Assembly (NCBI RefSeq): GCF_026210795.1
Contig: NC_089429.1
Coordinates: 7,564,001-7,628,000 of the forward strand
Direction: 5' to 3'
Source of the DNA: Rhizophagus irregularis
Taxonomy: Eukaryota
DNA: 64,000 nucleotides
Positions 27,288 to 38,541 of the stretch are shown one piece after another; position 1 is the first letter of the stretch; every line of letters begins with the position of its first letter. A program made the position numbers and the translations under genes. Below the pieces are notes generated by a model. That model saw only the letters and a list, made by a program, of their open reading frames with translations. It made no database searches and was not told the DNA's origin.

Positions 27288-27478
27288 TAGTGTTCCGAAG
27301 GGGTCGAGTCGACCCAATTATGTTCTGACTCGGTTCAGTTGTATTTAATATAAAAAATATAAAAAATTTTAAATTTTTAGTTAAAAATATAATAAAAAGA
27401 TTGAGTCAAAGTAAAGGTATAACGGGTTACGGGTCGGGTCAATAACCCAGGTTTTGACCCGATCCTTTCGGAACACTA
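27288..27478. mobile_element. Short hAT-like MITE
   Basis: TIRs TAGTGTTCCGAAGGG / CCTTTCGGAACACTA with GACCC/GGGTC subterminal motifs; no TSD found. Confidence 0.65.
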
Positions 27479-30400
27479 AATAAAAATGAAGGGTAATTAA
27501 TTAACCGATCATTAAAGGCTAACAAAAAATGTATATCGAATACCCACCCATATTTTAGTAATTACACAATCTTGAGTTAGTATATGATTAATAACCACAT
27601 AAACCAACCCTCTACTTTAATTGAACTTTGGGTACATACTACATAGGTTAAAGTACGTAAAATAGGTTTAATTGCCTAACATTGAACTAGCAATAGCCAG
27701 AAATTTACAAAGGAGATAAGTTTTGGAAGATTCTTACTAGTTTATGGTATGTTTCATCTATTTAGTTATATATCAACTATTGTCGCCTTTACTTGTACCG
27801 ATTTTCGAATTTTTTATTAAAAGTTGATATTGTCTAATTTGATACTTTTATTATTTTTTAATAATATAATAAAAGAGAAAGTATTGAGAAGCAGATTGAG
27901 CATTCGAAGCTTGGTACTTGTTCGAAAATTCATCTTTCCAAACGAAAAGAATGTTGGTGCGATGTTATTTAGGACGTTAAAAGAATTAAAATTTCTTTAG
28001 ATAATGTGAAAATTTTTCATTTATTAATATTTTTTATTATGATAATTTAAAAGATTAGAGACGGAAAAAAAAGATTTCTTTAATATTTATTAACGGTTGC
28101 ATTAGTTTTTTTTACAATAGATATTAAATTTTCTCTCATAAGGAAATAGAGACGAAGGAAGGGTTTCTCTTTAAAATTTATTAAATTAAATCGAATATTT
28201 TTTTATGTTATTTTAGATTAGTAGGGACGGAAAGGAAGGTTTTTTTTTAATATTTATGTCGGTGGAATTGGTTTTTTATTATATAATATATATAATATAT
28301 ATTAAATTAAATTTTCTTCTCATAATTTTAATGAGAGGAAATAGAGATAGAGGAGGGTTTTCTTTTAATATAAATTTATGTCAGTGGAATTGGTTTTTTT
28401 TTACAATAAATATTAAATTTTCCTCTCATAATTTTAATGAGAGACGGAGAAGGGATTTCTTTTAATCTTAATTTATGTCGGTGGAATTTTTTTTTTTATA
28501 ATAGATATTAAATTTTCCTCAGGAAGGGTTTTTTTTTTAAGATTTATCAAACGAAATCGAATATTTTTATGAGAATTTAACGGGAAATAGGAGTGATGAT
28601 AGATGGAATGAGAGGGTGCAGAATACTTGCATTAACTTTTGCAACTAAACTTATACAGATGATATTATGAAGGCTGTTCTTAACGTGTCTCAAAATCGCT
28701 GCAATTGCGAAGCTTGAAACTGAGGATGAAAATAACGATGAACAAGAAAGACTAGCGTAAAACGTTTGAAATAAGTAAGAATAATAATAATATTTATTTT
28801 TTAATAAATTAAATTTAATAATTAATTTTTAGCTTTACAAAAAATGGAAATCCTTGTTATAGGATTGTATGTACTACGAACCGAAGTCAATAAGAAGTGG
28901 TTGATTGTCAAAATTAAGTATGTTTTGGAGGATGTTTATTATGTAAAGAATATCTTACAATATATTTAGGGAGTTTAGTTACAATGATGGCATCAAATTG
29001 AATCTATAGAAAAATGATGTTCCGTTCCGTGTCCACTAGATACAAAAGAATGATCCTCTCGTAAGGTAATATATTTATATATGAACATGTATTCAAGTAT
29101 TTTAAAAATAATCTTATATTTGTTTATTTAATAGAGTATCCTTGTACGCGAATACATGTTGAGTTATATTTACGAAAAAACCCTTTTTATTTTAATATTT
29201 CATTAAAATAAAAAAAATGACTAGATGGGAATTGATGGAACAAATTAATTAGATTTATCATAATTTATATTAAAGACAACCTTTATGACGAGATGTTGGT
29301 CGCATTGGAACAAAGATCGGAAAAGATCTTTCACTTAATATTATATTTCAATTATTTAATTATGAAGAATGTCAAGACCATCATAATTTATAAATCAAAT
29401 TATTATACGGCTAGATCAAATCGTCAAAAATATGAAAAGATCGTGATCCGCTATTTTTTGATAATAATTTTTAGACTTCAATTATTAATGCATCGCGTGA
29501 AACTTTTTAAGATACATATGTTAAAATATAACTAAAATTTCATAAAATTTTATTTATACGATAAATGGGAAAATTGGATTAAATAAAATATATTATATAT
29601 GATAGAATCGCTATAATTTTTATAATTTTCGGTTAAACGATATTAAGTATGATAGGTTGTATAATATAGTGAAAATCTATAGAAACTTTTAATTCTATAT
29701 ATACTGCTATACTTTACATATGAGCTTATGAAAGTTGCCATTAGATAACTTGATCATAGACTTTGATGTTCAATAAAAAAAAGTTTTTAAAATTAAAAAA
29801 AAAAATTTCCTAATCACATTTATTACATTTATTTATGCATTTTTAAGTAAAAAAAATATCAAAATTCAAAAATAATCTATATAATAAAATAACAATTTCA
29901 GATTAAAAAATGAAACGTTAAAATGTTTAAGTAAAATCCCAATCAAATCTTTCAAAGTGTTCAGGTAGAAGGTTTACGGTTAAAAAAAATGAAGAAACGT
30001 TAGTAAAGGTTCTACTAACGTCCCCTAACTCCAATTCCCAACGCCTTTCATTCAAGAATCTAAGACTGAAAATCTTTGAAGTAGGTACCTACAAAAGAAA
30101 AAGGACAAAAGAAATGCTAATAAAGTTTATTAACATTCCCTAAATCACTAAAAGAAGAAGTGTAACAAAGTATATCAATTTGAGGATAATATCCTTCTTT
30201 AATAATTGTATAAGTATATTGAGTACCATTTTTTGATCAAAAACAATAATGTTAGAGGCAGGGTAAGTAGACATTTTAAACTAGCTAAGTAGAAGAAGTG
30301 CGCGTAAATTTATTTACGTCACGAAATAGATCAAATTTTAGTGTATTACAAGATATTTCATATTAACCAATCAAAAGAGGTGCCAATTTAGTGGGGTTAC

Positions 30401-30560
30401 CCCCTAAAAAAATTAGGGTGATACGCGCATCTGGAAAAATATAAATTATTTGAATCTTTCATTTTCATTTTCATTTTTTTTGTCACTAACTCTCCTTCCT
30501 TTTTTATAAGCCCATTTTTTCTTCTCTACTTTATATATTATTTTCGTCGTTTTTTTCGCT

Positions 30561-32038
30561 ATGACCAAAGTTACTGCAAAAAACATAATTCCACGAGGCG
30601 TAAATGGACGCAGAAACAATAGAAAACAAATATTATTGAGAAGCGGAATATGCTATTCTCGTACTAAAGAGAATAAAAATGTAGTCGTTACGAACGTTAT
30701 TGTTTCTACGGGACAACCAGCTGTAATTCCAGACCGCGTAAGCCAGGGCGTAAGTGGACACAGCTGCGGCTTCCGCGTGCGCTTTGCTAGCGATGGTGTA
30801 TTTTGCCTGCCCTTCGTTAGCAATCAATTAAAAAAGAAAATAATACGTATAAAGTCGATTCTAAAGACGTCCAGTAAGTACAAACAAGAAAGTTACGTAC
30901 GTCCAGTTCCTGGTGTACCTGAACCAGAGCTAAAACAGACGATAGCGCTGCGAAAATATCTGGAATCGCTTTGTTTAAACGAACAAGTATTAAGTCGTGA
31001 GCTATTGCTTCGTCTCGGGACGTATATACTGGATTGTTTTGTTTCTCAAGGATGGTGTCGCCCTTTTATTAATCCTGTACCCGAATCGGCTCGGAATTAT
31101 CATCTTCGCATCGCACGTCCGATGGATTTAATAACAGTTGAACATAAACTTTGGGCAGGAGAATACGATTGTGCAGTTTCAAAATTCTATGATGATTTAG
31201 CACAGATTATTTATAATGCATTCAAATTCCATGAAAAAGATTCCGTAATATTCAAAGAAGCAGATTCGATGCTTACGTGTTTTGTCAATTTAACAACGAA
31301 ATTTTCGAAACCACCACATGATATAAATAAATTGAACTTCGCACTTGCTCAGATTGGTGCTAAACTCCCTCATGAAGAATTTGGTGATGTTTGTAAAGTA
31401 GTACCAAATATTAATATTAAGAGGTATTCATGTTTTTTTTGTTTTCCTTTTTTAACGGTTTCTTTTGTTAATATATTTTTTTTTTTCGTGCGTAAATTAG
31501 TAAAATATACATAGTACCTTTGTATTCGTTCCTCCAAGTTACAAGGAGTGGTAGTAACGTTGCAAAACTTCCCTATGCTGCCGCTGAACGTTTAGATCCG
31601 ATGTCAAGTTCTCTTTTTGACACATTCGAACGTGAAAGTCTCCCTCCGGTTAAATTTCAACCAACAGAAACGCATTGCAACTTTGCACGTCTATACATCA
31701 CCAAGGGTTCAAAGAATATTAAAAAATGTAGAGATGAACGCAATGCAATTCTCGTAATTGTGAAGGATGTTTCTTATGAAGCCAGTGAGAATCGATTGCG
31801 ATGTAATGTGATCACTTCAAAACCATTTGGCGAGCTACGTGATCTCGACACGTTCGAATTATCAGATGCACGATATTGGACCCGAGTTGCCTTACTTGAT
31901 AAAAAGGCACTCGATCTTAAAGTTGGGCCAAAATTCTTTAAAGAATACTTACGAGAACCTTTCAAGGTTTCGGAATATGAACAACAGCGTGACAATAAAA
32001 ATTTTTTGAAATCTTTGAATCTATCTAAGTCACGTTGA
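30561..32038 (+). CDS. Bromodomain-containing protein, copy 2; exons 30561-31423 and 31501-32038; about 466 aa
   Basis: Same protein as copy 1 apart from P/L, M/I, A/D, R/Q and a C-terminal LP/S difference; the 77-nt GT-AG intron 31424-31500 restores the frame (NIKS-KIYIVPLYSFLQ). Confidence 0.9.
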
Positions 32039-32938
32039 TTGAAATTATCGCGTGATCTTTTTTTTTATTTATTTTCATATAAATTAAATTAAATTAATTG
32101 AATTTTTATTTATTTTATTTATTTATTTTCATATAAATTAAATTTTTATTTATTTTTTTTATTTATTTTCAATAAATTTTAGTAAATTTTATTTTTTTTA
32201 TTTATTTATTTTCAATAAATTTTATTTATTTTTATTTATTTTCAATAAATTTACGTTTCTTTATATTTTTTTTTATAAAAACTACAAGTATTTTTAAGAT
32301 AAATGTTCCCTTTCTATTTTTTTTTCTTGAAAAAAGCTGCAAAAATTTTTCTAAGATAATGTTATCTGACCAATAAAACTCGTCAAGTCACGTTACCGAA
32401 CATTTTTTGGGGGTGTGTTCTTGGTTCGTTGATTGAACCTAACACGTGATCTTTTTTTTTTATTTATCATGTGTTACACCTCTCCCGTTTCACTGTTTAG
32501 TTATTAAGGTAATCCTATTTGTTTTTCTGGGTACCGTTGCGTAAAATTTGATCGAGAGTTCCGATCATTTTTAAGGAAAGAGAATGTTCCACGGTGGAAT
32601 TTTTACATTATGTTAAATCGAAATTGTTTTTTATTCGAGTTATTGGGAAAAACTTTTTTTTATTAATAAATTAATTGTGTTTAGTTCGATATTTTGAAAG
32701 AAATCTTGCCTTATATTACTAACATATTATCAAAAATGTCAATATATGCTATACTAAATATAATATTATTTGAATGCGGGATCATTCCTTCATACTAATA
32801 CCCCAATATCCCGTCCTATATTGACACTATGCATTTTTTCTTTGGTTTTTACGGGTAAATAAAAGAGTAGTTGGGAATTACAAAAAGTACAAGAAATGAA
32901 AGACTAGAAATAAAATTTGCAAATTTGTCATTATAATA

Positions 32939-33677
32939 CAGTGCGGTACCTCTATAATAGGTACCCCCTATATCTTGTGATCTAATGGTCAGAATTTTAT
33001 AAAATTTTAAAATTAGATAGCTTTTAAAAAGATAAATACATTAAGCAAATAAAAAAATTTTCTCAATTTTTTTTGCTGACATAATACAAAATCACATGAC
33101 TTAAAATAAATTTGATTGGCTGATGCAATACCTAATGTTAATTAGAATTATGCATAATTTTTTATATATAATTTATTATTTATTATAATTATTTAAAGTA
33201 ATTTGATTAAGTATATTATCAGGAACTTTTCTATGGGATTTATATTTTTTTTAGCAAGTTTTCCCAAGATTCCTTTTTGAGAAATAGATATAATATAATT
33301 TGTAATAAATAAAAACTACCAAAATTTTTTTTGAATTTTTTTTCAAAATTTTTTTAACAAAGCATGGGTAAGTTTATAAGCTAAAATGATTTATTTGAAT
33401 AAGCACTATCAAATGATTATTTTTTTTTTATGTTACACAAAAATCACTTATTCTCAAATTTTTCCCATCATAATAAATTACCCGAACTTCAAACTTATGT
33501 AGCACTAGCAAAATTTATTATTTTTTAATCTAACCCGATAAGTTTAAAAGCTCTTGATATGCTTTATTAAAATTATCGGTTAGAATTTTAAAATATTATT
33601 TTTTGCTAATGTGACATCTTTTTGAAAATGTCACATTATGACTATAAAATTGGGTTGGTTATAGAGGTACCGCACTG
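32939..33677. mobile_element. Tc1/mariner-type MITE, 739 bp
   Basis: Perfect 19-bp TIR CAGTGCGGTACCTCTATAA with TA on both sides; absent from the mirror position in the left arm. Confidence 0.9.
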
Positions 33678-33678
33678 T

Positions 33679-33970
33679 AGGAGTATCAAAAATGTCCATA
33701 TATGCTATACTAAATATAATTTATTTGAAATGCTGGATAATTTCTTCATACTAATACCCCAATATCCCGTCCTATATAATAGGGATATAAAAAATGTCCA
33801 TATATGCTATACTAAATATAATTTATTTGAAATGCGGGATCATTCCTTCATACTAATACCATAATATCCCGTCCTATATAATAGGAGTATAAAAAATGTC
33901 CATATATACTATACAAAATATAATTTATTTGAAATGCTGGATAATTTCTTCATGCTAATACCCCAATACC
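33679..33970. repeat. Tandem array with 102-bp period
   Basis: AATGTCCATATAT at 33691, 33793 and 33895; a fourth unit starts near 32732, before the MITE. Confidence 0.9.
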
Positions 33971-36900
33971 CCGCTCCAACTCATAAGTACTACCATGATT
34001 ATTTTGTCTTTTACGCTAGGATTCCTTGAGTTTGGTTGAGGTAGGCATGGAGTTAAACTGCAATATCAATAAAAATTATTAAGGAATCTTAAAGATGAAA
34101 TTGATAATATTATAATAAGATACTTACATAATAAAAAAAGTGAAAAATTTTTTATGATAAATGCCAATCGAACCCAAAGGTTTCTATTACTTGCTTGTAA
34201 TGGTATAAGTTACGGTTAAACAAGTAGATGCAGAACCTTTAAAGAACGCAGAAAGGTCTTGAACGGATTTGATAGGGTAATTATAGAATAAATTTATTTT
34301 TTAATAAAATTTTAATATGATATACCGGTAAACATTTATTTTGGACATTATTTTTTTTTAAATATTAAACATTTATTTTGGACATATTTTTAAATGTATT
34401 TTTTTTTTTTTTGGAAAAATTTTGAGACTCAAAGTAGCCATATTTAAAAGAAAAATATTGACGCGAATTTTTTTTTTTATCTTTTGTAATAAAAATTATT
34501 AATAAAAAGCCATAAATTTTCTAATAAAAGAAATTTATCATACGTAATTATGGCTTATTAGGTGGCAATGCAGTATGTGCAGTATGATTGATCAATTGAT
34601 CGACCCGTGATTTTTTATCTTGTTGATACCTCTACCCGTCTACCGCACTACTGTATAAGCCATAAAAACAACAGCCTTATCTTGCGTATTTTAGTTTATT
34701 TTGTTTATTCATTATTTAATCCCTATAAAAATTTATTCCGTGTTTTTTTTATTCATATGTTCACGGAATTTAAAGCCTCAAAACTAGGAGATGGATCCGT
34801 TGTTTGAACGGATGTTATTTAGCAGGTAGTCATTAAGCCAATGATCATCTATAATGACAAAATTTTATTTTCGTAATGTTGTAGTAATTGAATATATATA
34901 TGGCGAATCTATTGCTATATACTACTGAAGTAACTGAAAAATACATTTTACAATATAATTCTATCAATATTAAAGCTAGAAATGTGACTTTACTACTATT
35001 AGAATTCTTGAATAGTATAAAATCGAAATAAATTTTATGACCACTGAAAATTCAAACGAATAACGGATCCAGCCTCTACTCAAACCATGAAAATTATCCA
35101 AGTTGCCTTTTAGTTATTTTCCGTAAATCAAAAGTGTGGCTTTATGAGTAGGCGAAACGAATCCGAAATGTTTCATCACCCGCTGAATGAAAAACTCTAA
35201 TTTGGAAATTGCAAACTTGAATGTTTCTTGAGAGTAATTTCACATTTTCACGTGATGATTTGCATCGTTGAACCGATCTAAATTCAGAAGATTCTGAATC
35301 TCCTGGGTTTAGAACTATTTTAACCATAATAAAAATCGAAGCTGACTAAACCGATTTTCAAGAACCGACTCAAGTCGAGTCATCAGTCAATACCTATTAA
35401 GAATTTTGAATTAAGTTTTTTATGTATAAACTTCATTATAGGATATTTTTAAGTCATGTAAAACGTTTATTGATTTAAAAAATTATTCATTATTTAATAT
35501 TATGAAATATGTGTTTATTATTTGAAATTAGATCACTATTACAACTAACAAAAAAATACGCCCTCGATGGTCATATTGTTATGCTGCGCAATTCATTATT
35601 TATACGCGTAAAGGAATTGTTTCAAGTGATTTTTTGCCAAGATCATTATGCTTATGCGTTCGGCTAAGTATCTGTAAATTTTGAATTTGTTATTTTGAAA
35701 AAAAAACTTGCTTAAAATTCTTTCAATTACATTATAATAAATGGAATCCTGACTTTTCTCCGTACTCCCTAATTCCAACCTTCCATTGAAACTGATCTCA
35801 AGTTAAATATCCAAGGCGTCCGGTAGGTACCTACAAAATAAAAGGAACATTAGTAAAATTATACTAATGTTCCTTAAATCTTGTTCTCCACGCTCAACTC
35901 TTACCTAATTGAGATTTTGGTTTCAAAGTGGCGTTCTCATTCCGATTATATTTGTCCCTAGTCTTTGGAAAAAAAGTCGTTTTTTTAATAAAAAAATAAA
36001 AAAATAAAAATAAAAAAACAAAATTATTTTTTTTTCACCTTTTCTTTTCCACCGGCTTAAAAAAACGAAATAAATTTTTTTTTTAAAAAAAAAATAAAAA
36101 TAAAAAAATGATCGATAAAATTTATCAATCTCAAATGGGAATATATCCACTGTTAAAAAGTTCAAAATATAGCGGTTAAACGATATTGGGTATGATATTT
36201 GATGTTGTATAGTTGACAAAAATCTATACAGTCATAGTTTTTTATTTATATAGTTAGCATTTTATCTATACAGTATAGTTTTTTTACACCATACTACAGT
36301 ATACAGTATACAACATCGGAGGTATACTGTATACCATACTCAATTAACTATATTATCAATTACACAGGACGGAAGCGGTAAGATCTTTAAGATTTGCGAG
36401 GAGGTACAAGATATTAATCCTAAATATTTCACAATTATTAAAAGAATTTAATACCAACACGTACCTATGAATGCAATTACTCATGAACAATAATCAGACG
36501 AGTACTTAAACATCCAACTTATTCATCACGTTCAACTTCGACCTATCTAACCCAAGTATGAACTACTCATCCAATAAGTATTATTCTGCATTGACATAAA
36601 CTGCCAGTCCGATACCACCCTTATCATAACAGATCATAACATCGATTTCAACTATCAAGGCAAGCTTCTTTCTTGTAACTCATTTGCATGCTCTTTACTT
36701 GAAGTCTTATCCGTTGGAAAAAACCAGTAATCAACTTATTTTTGTTGCTACTTTGATAATGGACTCCAATTATTTTGTTGCTTTAGTATCACTAGCATTA
36801 AGCTCACCCATTTGTGCCCTTGAGTATTAGTAATAAGATGAACAGAAGATATTATTTTAATTCTGGAGTAATTGATCGCGGATTTTAATAACTTTTTGCT

Positions 36901-38409
36901 CACGTTTCATTTTCTTGAAAGACGAAAGTGACTGATTTAAAATCGTTGTCGTCATTAATCTCCGTTTTGAACTTTTTTAGTTATTGCTTGGTAAACACTC
37001 GGAATTTCTTCGAGATGATGTTCATCCTTATTTACATCAAATTTTGTAACAGAGCGCTTGCGATCTTTCTTGGTTGTTAATTAATATTGGTTTGTGTTGA
37101 TTGAACATGTAGTAGTTAATAGAATTTGAAGCAGAGTTTTCTTAGTTTTGGAGACCTTGTGATCGATCGCCATTCAGGCATTCACCAAGTTCTTTTTTAA
37201 ATTGGAATTATTATTAGAATTATGAATTTCTATTGTGTTGATTCATAATTATGAAAAGTTTCAGGAAACGTTTATTTATTTATAACTTACATCATTTCCT
37301 TGAATCATCAGATTTTAGATTAAGTTGCTTTTTGCGATCTGAAACCGTTCTTTCCATGCATGAGAAACATCATAATAGTGTTTTCGCATCTGCTAAAGCA
37401 ACTGACTAGCTTGAACAAAAAGCATTAACTAGAAATTAAGGCACAAAAAATAATTACATATAAAAATCCCCTTTTACTAATTAGATACGAATATATCCTA
37501 TTTTAAAGGTGGAAAACAAAAAAGCGCGGAGAAACAACACATATAGTTCTAAACCTCCTACTTACTTTAAAGGTGGAAAACAAAAAAGCGCGGAGAAACA
37601 ACACGTATAGGTTCTTAACCTCCTATGATACTTACTTTAAAGGTGGAAAACAAAAAGATACGGAGCGGAGAAAAAACCATTAGTTATCAGATTAGCACGT
37701 GTACTCGATCAATTTGATTTGTTTGATTTGCCGAGTGTGTGTCACCGACTAAATGGTTATCATAGAATTTGATCTGACATCATCAATCAATTTTCATTTC
37801 AATACATAAAATCCTAGGAAGACAGTAAAGACAGTAAGAAGTGCCTGTGGGGCTGTGGCCGGGCTCCGTCTAGTTTTCCTTAACTACTATCAACCGCCAA
37901 GATTTAAATATGGATTGTTATGTTGTTGCAGCATATAAACATTTTTGCGACAACATTTAAACATAATGAAGTAATGCAGCTCAGGTATTGAAAAGACTCT
38001 TTATTTATTTTGAGTAATTTAATTAATAATTAAATACATTTAAGAATTAAATATTATTTAATGTTTATTTGAATAGATTACATTGAGCTAATTATTTAAT
38101 AAAACTATTACCCCACTTGAACGAATTCGTAATGGTGATAACTATTTACATTTATGGTGATTCATCAGAAAATATTCTGATTTAATTAATATTTACTGAG
38201 ATTTTCGAGTTTTTGGTATAGTTGTGATATTATGCACATAACCCTTTGCTTTCCGGCTTGACTTCATGGTACAGAATCTAATAATTTTGTGAAGCGATCG
38301 AACAAAACAAAAAAACAAATCCAAATTCTGACTAAGATGCTTCACAAAATAAGAAGTAAATCATTGATAATTGAGAACTGAAGGAAAAAACTCGTATGGC
38401 AAGGTATAT

Positions 38410-38541
38410 GGACGTATATACTGGATTGTTTTGTTTCTCAAGGATAGTGTCGCCCTTTTATTAATCCTGTACACGAATCGGCTCGGATTTATCACCTTCG
38501 CATCGCACGTCCGATGGATTTAATAACAGTTGAACGTAAAC
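38410..38541 (+). pseudogene. 132-bp copy of the bromodomain core (source equivalent 31018-31149) with an in-frame TAG
   Basis: Five mismatches to copy 2 over 132 bp, including TGG>TAG; lies in the 1.3-kb segment found only in the right arm. Confidence 0.92.

Larger units (their letters stand above)
32443..35762 (-). repeat. Dispersed non-coding module, copy D (inside right arm)
   Basis: Mirror of copy B with four 102-bp-type units and a MITE insertion. Confidence 0.92.

Noticed and set aside
32732..33970. 102-bp array as a CRISPR array
   Set aside because: Units are long and contiguous without regular unique spacers, there are no cas genes, and the context is eukaryotic.
6579..35778. Recurrent short ORFs (MSRFLKIGLKSAS, MELGSTAKSQDS and similar) as a gene family
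   Set aside because: They recur only because the module is duplicated; they use non-ATG starts and differ by frameshifts between copies.
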